From Octopus sinensis (Eukaryota), in the NCBI RefSeq assembly GCF_006345805.1, contig NC_043003.1, positions 17,236,001 through 17,300,000 of the forward strand: a stretch of 64,000 nt of DNA. The letters run 5' to 3'. This document shows, piece after piece, positions 26,002-38,124 of the stretch (the stretch's first letter is position 1; each line of letters opens with the position of its first letter). Position numbers and translations under genes: made by a program. The notes under the pieces were generated by a model that was given only the letters and a program-made list of their open reading frames with translations, was not told the DNA's origin and did no database searches.

Positions 26002-26401
26002 TACTTAGCAGTATGACCCGGCGTTGCTTGGGTTTGTTTCGACCTTTTAGAATTGGAATTTTTGAAAAGTAAAAAGTTTGCATTATGTAGCTTGTTATTC
26101 TCTATAAGTGAACATTTTTCTGATTGAAATACACCGAAAAATGGCGACACAGCAGTCAAAAGATCGTTAAAAAATAGGTATCTTCATAGAAAAAAAAGGC
26201 ACCTTTTTGATGTAAATAATTTTTGGTGTTAACATGGTTTGATTTGAATTTTATCTTCTACGGAATGAAGAGCAAGCCTTCTTCTATCATACTCTCAATT
26301 TTGGTCAACTTGCGCCACAGGGTCTCGGTGGAGATAGTGTTAGTTGAAGGCTACCAAACCTGCCATACACAGACAACTTCAGCTTTATATATATAAAAGA
26401 T
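26002..26401 (+). mobile_element. Probable non-autonomous Helitron-like element
   Basis: 5' acttagcagtatgacccggcgttgcttggg and 3' ctttatatatataaaagat resemble the ends of Lep1/HINE-type elements. Confidence 0.45.
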
Positions 26402-27269
26402 GTGAAACACACATACACTAAGTGTGTGGTTTTCTAGTTCATGGGTAGGCTGTGCTCATAGGCATAAAAGAATATACTATCATCAATGTGCCTGATGTTG
26501 AAATGCCTGGAAATCATAGACAAGCAAGGCAACTCACATAAGATCCCATTCAGGAGTGATGGTCACAGATGTTTCATCATTTTTGTGACCTATCAATAAT
26601 GTGTACCCAAACAAGGCTTGATGCAAGCTAAATCACATTCTATGACTATATGCTGAATGGTGTAAGAACCATCTGTTGGTATATCCCAATATATAGATAA
26701 GTGCACACACATAAAATTAAAATATATTTTCCAAGGGAAGTAACTCTGTACATTTGCTTTCTTTAGTGGAAGAATGACAGCATTAAAATATATATATATA
26801 TATTTTTTGAGAATTGAGTTACAATCTGGCTCTCATGATTCTGCCAAAATAGGCTAATAAAATAGAATTATATATGTCTAACAAGGAAGTGCAACTTATC
26901 TCAAAAGATCCAACTGCTGTTAGATATCATTATAATATTTTTAGACCAACAAGATGAATTTAAAAATCAAATTATTAATATCTTGCATAATGTTTTTGGA
27001 CTGGGAATTCTCCTGAATATAAACTGCCTTTGTAACCCTTTGTCATTGGAATGCTAAATATGTTTTATAATGAAAGGCCTGGATGATCCTTCACTGGCTT
27101 CAATGCTGAGTGTTGTTCTATCAATGGAACTACTTTCTTTTTATATCATACTGGCTGAGTATTCCACAGCCCCTTGTAATCTTTAATGTAATCCTATGAC
27201 TGAATCAGTGTAATTCAATGTAATACAGGGCAGATCTTTTGAAATTACAAATGCTATCCCTTTTCTCAT

Positions 27270-27373
27270 GAAGGTGCGTGGCTTAGTGGTTAGGGTGTCA
27301 GCATCATGATCGTAAGATTGTGGTTTCGATTCCTGGACCGGGCGACGCGTTGTGTTCTTGAGCAAAACACTTT
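27270..27373 (+). mobile_element. Family E SINE head fragment
   Basis: gcgtggcttagtggttagggtgtcagcatc...gtttcgattcctgg. Confidence 0.75.
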
Positions 27374-27471
27374 AAGTAAAATTTGTCAAGAATTCTTAAA
27401 CACTTGAGTGATATTAAAAAAAAAACAAATTCAAAAGCTTCAATATATTTTCAAACTTCTTTTACCTTCAG

Positions 27472-27559
27472 GTCACCACCAAAGATGCTGGTCCTTACAA
27501 ATGTGTAATTCAAACACCATTTGGTGAAGGTGTTCAGCTAATGAAATTGTCATCAACAC
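27472..27559 (+). CDS. unc-22: Twitchin exon I, end of Ig5 (VTTKDAGPYKCVIQTPFGEGVQLMKLSST)
   Basis: Acceptor cttttaccttcag, donor gtatgt; phase 0 to 1. Confidence 0.9.
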
Positions 27560-27669
27560 GTATGTATTTCTCTTGTCATAAAAATTTTGGATTGATATTA
27601 CAAATATTAGAATTATTAATTTAATTAGTATCATATTTCAATTAATAACTATCTTATTAATCTTTTCAG

Positions 27670-27731
27670 AACTGATCCCTCCCAAAGTGAAGGGCGACCC
27701 TCCAAAATTCATCACAAAACTAACATCAAAG
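27670..27731 (+). CDS. unc-22: Twitchin exon J, linker and A strand of Ig6 (QLIPPKVKGDPPKFITKLTSK)
   Basis: Acceptor tcttttcag, donor gtaaga; phase 1 to 0. Confidence 0.9.
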
Positions 27732-28596
27732 GTAAGACAAGATATTGATTTGAATATAACTAAAATTTATGGTACTTTCTTTTATGGGAGGAGCTAACCT
27801 CTTCATTTCCAAAGATGGAAAATGTTTTAGCGTTAAACGTATTTTAAGGTGGCAAGCTTGCAGAATCGTTAACATGCCAGGCAAAATGCTGAGTTGGATT
27901 CTGTCCATCATTATTTTCTGAATTCAGATTCTGCCAAAGTCGACTTTACCTTTCATCCTTTCAGGATTGATAAAATAAGAACCAGTTTATTGTCAAATCC
28001 ATTACAGCATTGGATTGAATGTCTTGTAATGTCTGTTCTGACTCTGTAGTCTGAGATCAGCAACTTTGCCTTCTATCTTTTCATGGCTGAGAAATAAAGT
28101 ACCAAAGCAGTCTGGATCGGTGGCACTATCGGAGTTTGCTACTTGAAACTTTGTCATATCAGTTCTGGCTCTTTGCATTCTCACAACAACACTTGTGACG
28201 ACATCAGGGTGGAGTGTATTGGCTCAAGTTGATGGCCCTTCCCTTGCATAAACAACAAGGGCATGGAAAAGGGAAATTTGCATGCTCGAGCTACTACAAA
28301 ACTTCCTCAAAAGAGTTTGCCCAGGCCTGTGCATACAAATGCTGTTGTATAGTCAGTGTTGGCTTCATGAAAGCTTTCTATGCACAGTGATAAAGAGTAC
28401 TAAACAACTAATGTTTAGTATTGATGGAAATATGTATTACTTACCAAAGTCTTCATTACTTTCTGTTTTAGAAAAAGCATTAAACAAAGTACCTTAATAG
28501 ATAATCTAATGCAGAAGCCAACTTTATGAAATAGTATTGTTTTCAATTACAAGATGTACCTTTTTCCTGAATGAAATTAAGAGAATATTTTGTTGT

Positions 28597-29120
28597 GACC
28601 CCCTTCAGTCATGAATGACCATGGGATTGCACCTAGAAAGTTACCCTCTGAGGCACAAGTCTGGGCAAGGTTGTTTATGGAAGACCAGCAGTCGCCCACG
28701 CATACCAGTCTTCTCTCTCCATGCCACCGATGTTATCCAAGGGAAAGGCAAAGGGGCCGATACAGCTTGGCACCAGTGATGTCACAGCTCACTTATTAAT
28801 GTACAAGTGGCTGAGCACTCCACAGACACGTGTACCCTTAACGTAGTTCTCAAGGAGATTCAGCATGACACAGTGTGACAAGGCTGGCCCTTTGAAATAC
28901 AGGTACAACAGAAACAGGGAGAAAGAGTGAGAAAAAGTTGTGGTGAAAGAATATAGCAGGGTCCACCACCATCTCCTGCCGGAGCCTCGTGGGGCTTTAG
29001 CTCCACGAGGCTCCAGTGTTTTCGCTCAATAAACACTCACAATGCCCAGTCTAGGAATCAAAACTGCGATCCTACGACCGCGAGTCTACTGCCCTAACCA
29101 CTGGATCATTGTGCCTCCAC
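28597..29120 (-). mobile_element. Chimeric B/C SINE, reverse orientation
   Basis: Reverse complement of the chimera at 1346-1800. Confidence 0.75.
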
Positions 29121-29362
29121 TTAGAGAATATACTGGTTTCAAATTTTGGTAGAAGGCCAACAATTTTGGGGATGGGGTAAATCAATTACATCGGCCCTTA
29201 TGATCAGTAAGTACTAATTTTATCAACCTCAGATGGATGAAAGGCAAAAATCACCTTGGCAAAATCTGAACTCAGATTGTACAGACAGATGAAATCAGAG
29301 AATCTATTACAATAAGGTTATGTAAAGTATCTCTACATTATTTTCATTTGTTCTCATTACAG

Positions 29363-29606
29363 ACATTCAATATAGGAGAGCCTATGGATATTACACTTAA
29401 AGTTGCAGGAACTGAACCAATTACCACCATATGGTATTTTAATGATAAAGAAATCAAAAGTTCCTCAGCTGCAAATATTTCTTATGAAAGAGGTACTGCT
29501 CGATTCTATATGTCCAAAGTAACACCAAAAGACGCTGGCGTGTACACAGTTGAATTGAAGAATCCTGTTGGATCTGAAAAAGGATCTGCAAATATGATTG
29601 TTAAAG
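29363..29606 (+). CDS. unc-22: Twitchin exon K, body of Ig6 (TFNIGEPMDITLKV...DAGVYTVELKNPVGSEKGSANMIVK)
   Basis: Acceptor ttctcattacag, donor gtaagc; phase 0 to 1; lies within ORF 29348..29623. Confidence 0.93.
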
Positions 29607-29807
29607 GTAAGCAAATCATTTAACTAAGAAAAAGAAAATAAAACAAACCAAAAGCCCTATTTATTGTTAAAGTGCAAGGTTATTCTATGGAGATAAAATC
29701 CATTGATTTAACCCAACCTTCTGCCTCAGTATATGTTGTAGGGGCCCCACTGTTGATATTGAATATAATAGCCTGCATAGAATTTTGACTGACAATTCTA
29801 ATAGTTT

Positions 29808-30222
29808 TGTAGTAAGAAGCTTGCTTCCCAACCATATGGTTCTGGGTTCAGTCCCACTGCATGGCACCTTGGGCAAGTGTGTTCTACTTAGCCTTGGGGT
29901 GACCAAAGCCTTGTGAGTGGATTTGGTAGACAGAAACTGAAAGAAGCCCATTACATATATCTATATCTATATGTGCGTGTGTGTATGTGTGTGTGATTGT
30001 GTATGTGTATGTTTGTGTGTCTGTGTTTGTACCTCCACCATCACTTAACAACCGATGTTGGTGTGTTTATGTTCCTGTAACTAGCAGTTCGGCAAAAGAG
30101 ACTGATAGAGTAAGTATATGGTTTACAAAGAATAAGTCCTGGGGTCGATTTGTTCGACTAAAGGCAGTGCTCCAGCAAGGCCACAGTCAAATGGCTGAAA
30201 CAGGTAAAAAGAGTAAAAGAGT
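29808..30222 (+). mobile_element. tRNA-derived SINE, family A, ending about 60 nt upstream of exon L
   Basis: Matches 62428-62888. Confidence 0.8.
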
Positions 30223-30281
30223 ACGTTACATTTGAAGTTCTTGTATATGGCATTCTAAAATATGTCATCTATTTATTACAG

Positions 30282-30654
30282 AGGACGAGAAGAAGAAGCA
30301 GAAGGAAGAAGAGATGCAACGAAAGGAAGAGGAGAGAAAGAAGCAAGAGGAAAGAGACAAATTAGAGATGGAAGAGAAAGAAAAGAAAAAGAAGAAGATG
30401 ACAAGAAAAAGGAGGAGGAGAAAAAGAAATTGGAATTGAAAAAGCAAGAAGAGGAAAAGAAGAAGGCAGAAGAGGATAAAAAGAAGAAGGAGGTTGATGA
30501 CAAGAAGAAGAAAGAGGATGAGGAGAAAAAGAAGAAAGAGGATGAGGAGAAAAAGAAGGAAGAGGAAGAGAAAAAGAAGGAAGAGGAAGACAAAAAGAAA
30601 AAGGAAGACGAAGAGAAAAAGAAGAAAGAGGAAGAAGAGAAAAAGAAGAAAGAA
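30282..30654 (+). CDS. unc-22: Twitchin exon L, about 125-aa Lys/Glu-rich low-complexity segment; 1-nt frameshift near 30381-30390 as written
   Basis: Acceptor atttattacag, donor gtatgt. The 5' part reads EDEKKKQKEEEMQRKEEERKKQEERDKLEMEEKEKK in the frame set by exon K. The 3' part reads EEDDKKKEEEKKK... in the frame of ORF 30262..30687. Confidence 0.8.
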
Positions 30655-30739
30655 GTATGTAAATTTGTTAATTATTTACATTTGTAAAGGCATGTGCATA
30701 TACTCACACATATATACACATCTACACAAATGAGTATAT

Positions 30740-30773
<34 letters not shown>

Positions 30774-30803
30774 TGTATGTATATGTATGTGTGTGTAAGT
30801 GCA

Positions 30804-30844
<41 letters not shown>

Positions 30845-32010
30845 TAGAGAAAAAAACACTCTTATGTAATTAAAACAATGATAGGCATAAAACATAAATG
30901 AAAAAATAAAATATATGATAAAACATTTATCTAAATCATAAAAAGTACATAATAATAAATAAACAGTATGTAATAAGTTAAAAGACCACACATGTTTCAT
31001 GGCTATAACTTCAATTCGAATTACAATCAAATTTAACTTATATACCTTTTTTTTTATTTTTATGTACTTTTTGTGATCTAGATAAATGTTTTATCGTATA
31101 TCTTATTTTTTCTATATGATATGGTTTATGTCTATCATTGTTTGAATTACATAATAGTGGTTTTTCGCTAATTTATATATATTATTTATTTATATTGTGA
31201 GATTTGATTTAATACTAAATTGAATTTTTCCCTGTAAGTTTGGAGTTATACTCCCTAATATTATTATTATTATAATATATGCTTTTGGTGCAAATGGTTT
31301 TTAATTACGGTGCCATGATGTACAATCCTGTAACTAACAGTAATGGTATTTTTTTATATAAGCTTAAAGCTTATGGTGATCACCATGCAATGACTAAGGG
31401 AAATAGTCTAAAAAAAGAGGCATATAAAAGTAACACACACTTGGTCACGTTAACAAAGGGGTGTGAGTTCGACTCTCATGAGGATAGGAAAGCCTTCTTT
31501 TTTCTGTTGAGGGCTTATATGCCCCTATATTAGACCATTTTCCTTAATCACTGCATGGTAATCACCATAAGCTTTAAGCTTATATAAAAAAACACCATTA
31601 TATATATATATATATATATATAGTAATCCCTCATCATTTTGTGGTTCACCTGCCATGTACTCAGTCAAGGAAATATTGTATATATATATATATGTCATTG
31701 TTCAGTTTTATATCTATGTATGTACGTATGTATGTGTGTATGTATGTATGTATATGAATATGCATATATGTATGTATGTATGTATATATGTATGTATGTG
31801 TGTGTGTGTATATATATATTATGTATGTTTGTATGTATGTATATTTGTACCTTTACATCTTATTAATGATGATTGCTTTAAGACAACACAATTGTGTAAT
31901 GTCAGTTTTGTATATCATTTTCTCTTTGAGCTTGCTTTGAAAGCTTATATTAGTGTTTATAAATTTTATGCTCCAATCTAATGTCAGTTCATCTTTTTAC
32001 TAATTTCCAG

Positions 32011-32026
32011 AAAGCTGCTCCCAAGG
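32011..32026 (+). CDS. unc-22: 16-nt microexon AAAGCTGCTCCCAAGG (KAAPK)
   Basis: Acceptor ctttttactaatttccag (with a ctaat branch-like motif), donor gtaagt; phase 0 to 1, joining exon L to exon N. Confidence 0.82.
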
Positions 32027-32454
32027 GTAAGTAAACCTAATTATTTCTAAGCAAGTACTTAAATTCAAATAGGGTTTTTACATATTAAAAGAAAATTATC
32101 ATAATTTTTGGAAAACATGTCAGTTCATTTAAAATGTTTGCATCCTTCAACACATATAGTTCCATAAACAAAATACATTTGAGCAACAACTTAAAATTAA
32201 ATCATAATTAATATTATTTAATACACTCTCATTATGGAATACTGTGTAAAATTCCAGCTGTTGTCTGATGATATTTTTATATTAATTAAACTTCTTACAT
32301 AAATACAAGCTAATTCCATTTTCAGTTTTATGGGGATTATTTTTTCTTTAAAATCATACATATTGTTGTAGAAAGGGAGAAAAAAGACTGACAACAATAA
32401 TTTACATTTACCTACAGTAGAAGCAGAGATCGACTACACAGAAATAATCAACTA

Positions 32455-32968
32455 CCGTAAATCCTCGAGTATAGTCTGCCCTTGAGTATAATACGCAGGG
32501 GATTTTTAAGGGGCTGTACCTCTGAAAAACCTAAACCTTGTGTATAATACGCACCCCTCCTCTAACTTGAGTCAAGGAGGTCTATATAACGTCCTTGGTT
32601 TGTAAAAATGTATACGGTAACGTCCTTTATTATTATTGTATATATAACATAATGCAAACGTGTAGCTTTTTTGTGCATTTTGTTTGCAGAAAATAAAAAG
32701 AAATAACAGTAATAACGTTTAATAAATGTTGCTTACTGCAAGTTATGGATGATTCTTTTATGACTTCATTGCTTTCAGGCTTAGCTTAAGGTATTTTCGT
32801 GCCTGACATCACAAAATGTGTCTGAATAAACATTGCCGGACAACAAATAGAGATTCAGACATTGCTTAGAAAATATTTTTCATTTTTAACCTCGTATATA
32901 GTACGCACAAGAGGTTTTGACCTTTAAATTTTGGAGAAAAAATGCAGATTATACTTGAGGATTTACGG
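32455..32968. mobile_element. pogo/Tigger-like (Tc1-mariner superfamily) MITE
   Basis: TA on both sides; TIRs CCGTAAATCCTCGAGTATA / TATACTTGAGGATTTACGG. Confidence 0.8.
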
Positions 32969-33755
32969 TAATCATTTCAAATACTTGCATATATTAATTC
33001 CAGTGTGTCTGGCAGGATAATATGAATTTTATGCAGATACTGGTTCACAGAATACATATAACTGATTTCCAACCGACTTTTTTTTTATTGCTTTCATTCC
33101 CTGATTTTATTATTTCTTGTTATGTTTGTGCTACTATCAACAGACAACAAGTTAAGAAAATTTGCTTTAAATTTTATCAGCTATTCACATACCTGCATTT
33201 CATGTTAGACACAGCAGCAGAAATATTGGAATGAGACAAGTGGGCACAGCTGGTTGGATACTGATGATTTGGCATGGTTAACTGGACATTGAGCCTGTTT
33301 TGGCAACAGTACTTTTTGGCACTAGAGGCAAACATACACACACATGTGCGCACATGCATGCAGAAATATACGCATACAGATAGAAAGAGTGAGAAAGACA
33401 TTATTGTTTATTAAAACAACTTCCCTCTCCTTGTACACAGTGAAATATACTCACCTACATAAACAAAGAGACAGAAAAGAGAGAAGGGAAGAGAGAGAAA
33501 GGGAGAGAAAGAAAGGGTGAAAGAATGAGAGAAACATTAAACTGAGAAATAAAAGGCATCAAAATGCCTGATGTTAAGTCTGCATCAAATCAGCAATGTC
33601 CAAAACAGCTGTACCAAAACATCTCATACATGCTCAAGCAGATATATATATATATATATATATATAAACATCTAATATAGGATACAATTTTTCGAAAAAA
33701 ATTTTATCAATGGCCAGCATTTAAAAAAATACCATTAATGGTTAAATTTATATAC

Positions 33756-34041
33756 AACTTATAAACAAGGGCAAAAGAAAAAAATTCTAATGCCAAATAT
33801 GCTGAAAATAGACAAATTGTCAATAACCATATAATTTATCACTATAAACATGTGTCTCGAAGTAAGCCAACACAAATTTCTAAAATATTCCTAAAAAATT
33901 CCAACAGAATTTTTTAGAAATTTCTGCCAGCCTACTTTGAGACACGTGTTTATAGTGATAAATTATATGGTTATTGACTATTTGTCTATTTTCGGCATAT
34001 TTGGCATTAGAATTTTTTTCTTTTGCCCTTGTTTATAAGTT
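33756..34041. repeat. Fold-back with about 110-bp inverted arms between two (TA)n tracts
   Basis: 33756-33867 is the reverse complement of 33930-34041 with few mismatches. Confidence 0.85.
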
Positions 34042-35230
34042 TTTTATATATATATATATATATTCCATGTTAAGTAACTAAAATTTCTTATATGTCTCTT
34101 GATAGTTGCAATGACAATCCTCTTCATATGACTCCATTATATTTTTAATATAATTTGAAAATGCATGCATCTGTTTATTATTTGATTATTTATTTAAAAA
34201 TTTTTTTTTCTTTTGCGCTAATCAAACTCTGAAAGTACCCCACTTCATATACTTCAAAGGAAAATTCCTTGAAAAAAATTTCAGAATTGTACTTTCAAAG
34301 TTGCCAGCGGTGTTTGTTCGCGCATTCCCACCCATCCTAATTATTCCATGCTTTTTTGTTATATTTATGTCAAATCCATGTGTCATTGTGTATAAGTTTT
34401 TGTTCAGTTAGTTGTAACTACAGCTTTGAGTTTTTTTAAGACTTAATTATTTCTTGAATTCAGTTATTTAATGTTAATAGAATTGCACCACAGGAACTAA
34501 CTTTAAGTTTTGTTAATCAATGGTTGAATATATAATTTTTTCCTTTTTAGAATTATTCATTTCACCCTTTTGGTTACCCGTTACGTTGATAAAAAGTATA
34601 TTCATTCATTTTAATTAATGATAAGTGTTGGGTTGCAAATAATCTATCTTCAAATACTATTATTGTATTTCGTCACATGTAGATATTTTCTTAACAAACC
34701 AAATAACTTCATTATTTATATTTTATGTTTCTTTATTTAAAGCTAAAAGCATTTCCAAAAGTCAGGTGTTTTATTTCTAAGACCAGTTTTACACTTCAGC
34801 AATAAGAAAAATATTATCTGAAAACATTAACCACAAAGATATGAAATGATTAAAATTAAAGATTCGGCAAATTAATTATTTCTCAGCTACTTCTAGGTGG
34901 TTAGACTATAAGGCTGTTATCTTTCTCAGAATATTTTCAGTAAATTTAAGGTTCTGAAAAACACAATTATAAGTGACACAATATGTAGAAGTGGTGAGAA
35001 ATACTAATATTGTAGTAATTTATATAAATTTCTTTCAAGGGAAGAGGTATAATCAATTCAGTTGAATACTCACTGATAAAAGATTTAAGCTTGGAGTGTA
35101 GAGCACGGAAACTAAATGCAATGCATTTTGCCCAGCACCTCACCAATTCTGCTAACCCTTGTAGTACAAAATCTCACAGTTATATAAGTGTAGAGTTTTA
35201 CTATATATTTCTTAATCTTTACTCTTTCTT

Positions 35231-35716
35231 AATCATCATCATCATTTAACATCGATTTTCCATGCTAGCATGGGTTGGACGGTTCAACCAGGGTCTGGGA
35301 AGCCAGGAGGCTGTGCCAGGCTCCAGTCTGATCTGGCAGTGTTTCTACAGCTGGATGCCCTTCCTAATGCCAACCACTCTGTGAGTGTAGTGGATGCTTA
35401 TTACATGCTACCGGCACAGGGGCCAGAGGAGGCTGGCAAGCAGCCATGATTGGTTGGTGCTTTTTACATGTCACCGACACAGATGCCAGTCAGGTGGTGT
35501 TGGCATCAGCCACGTTCGGATGGTGCTTTTTACGTTCCACCGGCACGGGAATCATAACTACAATTTCCATTTGATGTTTATTTTGATGTTGATGTTGACG
35601 TAGTTGACCCAGTAGGTCTCCTCAAGCACAGCGGGTCACTCTACGATCCAAGGTTAGCACAGCAAGCTATCCTGCGAGCCATGAAGTCACTTCAATTGTC
35701 AGGTATTTGCAGTCAC
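35231..35716 (-). mobile_element. 3' UTR and tail remnant of the same RTE-like family as 5345-6335
   Basis: Shares catcatcatttaac...gcatgggttggac...ctacagctggatgcccttcctaatgccaacc with 5350-5760. Confidence 0.7.
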
Positions 35717-36209
35717 AGCATATATCTTTCTTAATCTTTACTCTTAATGAGAAGTGCATGTTGCTTTGAGGAAAGCAAAGAATAAATTAGATATAAAGTT
35801 TAGTGAATTGAGTGAAAACTGAGCCATAACTGAATTTTGTTTCTTTTAGGGAAAACAATTTTATGATTATACTTTGAATGGATTATTTAAAAATATATTG
35901 ACTTATTAAAAAAAAATCATCATCTGCATGGTGAACAGTGAGAATCCAAATGATGATTTGCAAATTTATTCTTAACACATTCTGGCAGCTTCAATTGTAA
36001 ATATGCAAATTGCTGTTGGGTTATGTCACAGGAAAACAATTTCCCCTTTGTGTTGAATGTATTTTCATGACATACTCAATTCATTAATGCAAGGGATTCT
36101 GTGACACTCAATGTTTCAACATCATTGTGCCTCATCAGCCCAAGGTACATCAAACTAATAAATCTTGTTTATAATTTCCGCAAGCAGTTTGCTACTGCAT
36201 GCTGTATAT

Positions 36210-36524
36210 GAAGGCACATCACTCAGTGGTTAGAGCGTTGAGCTTACAATTGTGAGGCTGTGAGTTCAAATCCCAGACCAGGCTGCGTGTTGTGTTCTTG
36301 AGCAAGACACTTTATTTCCCATTGCTGTAGAAATGAGTTGCAATGTCACAGGTGCCGAGCTGTATCGGTCTTTGCCTTTCCCTTGGATAACACTGGTAGC
36401 ATGGAGAGGGGAGGCCGGTATGCATGGGTGACTGCTGGTCTTCCATAAACAACCTTGCCCGGACTTGTGCTTGGGAGGGTAACATTTTAGGTGCAATCCC
36501 ATGATCAATCATAACCGAAGGTGA
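36210..36524 (+). mobile_element. tRNA-derived SINE, family C
   Basis: Matches 16788-17124. Confidence 0.8.
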
Positions 36525-37451
36525 TCTCAGCATCAGAAGCTGTATATGCCAACCAATAATAGTTCCTCAGATACACAGTGTACCACCAGAATGAAGATGA
36601 TGACCTGCATATTCATTTTGAATTAATTCTGGCAGATTTGAACATGAATTTACTAATCACTGCCATCAAGTGAACTACAATACTCTCCTAATCACTGTTA
36701 CGTTTTATCACTTCATATTTCAAAAATAACCAAGTAGGTTAAAATTTCAAGCAGTGTAAAGAAAGAGAAATCTTAGTAAAGTTTTCATGGAATCTGACAA
36801 TTTCTAGAATACTTATGACATTATGTATTTCTTAAACACTCTGAAGTATTAGTCCAAGCATGTATAAAGAGAGATATGCATACATGTTTCAATCCATTAG
36901 TTCATATATTTGATAACTTCTTTTGTGGAGGTCAGTACTCTTAGTTTAGACAATTTAGTTTAGTCCAACTCTTCTGTTAGCCACCCATTATTTGACTTCT
37001 AACCACTAACAGTTCTGAGTTCTACTTCACATAGTTTGCACTCTACAATTTTAAAGAAGCCTCTCAAATATTTCCTGATTTACAACTCTTATGAGTGATT
37101 CCATTCGATTCTTCTAGTTCCTGACACACTTATACAATTTCTATGCATGCATCATACAATATCACTACACAAGATATTACTTAGATCATTTAAAAACTAA
37201 GAACATTAAATCAAGAAATACTTGCCAAATATTGCAGAGTTCTTTAAATTAAAGAATGTTCTTTAACTTCACTCCTTATTTCATTACTTTGGGATTTATT
37301 TCCAAGAATAATCAGTAATATTTGTAATATACTTTCTGCGGTATATGAAACATTCTCTGTTGCAATGTTTCTGACTTGCAGTTATCAGAAATAACACTTC
37401 CATATAACGTTTTCTAACACAGTTCTATATTTAAGAGATGAGGAATTATGT

Positions 37452-37841
37452 ACATTATTTACATTATTTACAACTGACGGATATTTGTCCTCATCTTGTT
37501 TGTTGTTAACACAACGTTTCGGCTGATATACCCTCCAGCCTTCATCAGGTTCTCATTTCTAAGGTATTTTTCAATGTTGTAAGAGCACGGGCTACTAACC
37601 CCAAGATTCCAAGTTCGATTCCAGACAGTAACCTGAATAATAATTATAATAATAATAATGATGATGATGATGATGATGATAATAACAACGACATCGAAAA
37701 ATACCTTAGGAATGAGAATCCAGGTTCGAAATTTCCCCAAGACACCTGAAGAAGGCTGGCGGGTATATCAGCCAAAATGTTGTGGTAACAACAAACAAGA
37801 TGAGGGCAAATATCCATCAATTGTAAATAATGTAAATAATG
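37452..37841. mobile_element. Inverted-repeat element carrying hammerhead-like motifs in both arms (Penelope-like terminal repeat remnant)
   Basis: Arms 37452-37579 and 37686-37841. The minus strand of the left arm reads CTGATGA-AGGCTG...CAGCC-GAAACGTT-GTGTT. Confidence 0.55.
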
Positions 37842-38124
37842 AATGTTTTCTAAGTTTCAGACATTGGACTGAGACCTAGTTTTCAAAAGGTTTATCAGCT
37901 AACTCATATTGACCGCAGTAGTTCATCTGATAACTGTGGGCTAAATATTAAAAAGTGATGGTTAGCATTATCTGCACTGAGGTTTATCTCCATATTTATG
38001 AATTCTTTGCATCTAAAATTATTATTGTTGTATATACATACCGACACATATACATATAGATATGTAAGAGTGCATAGCACTTACAATCACTAGATTATGT
38101 TTCAGTTTCTTGAGCAAAACACCT

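Noticed and set aside
30265-30733. Minus-strand poly-Phe/Ser ORFs and a plus-strand poly-Arg/Lys ORF
   Set aside because: Alternative frames of the purine-rich KE exon
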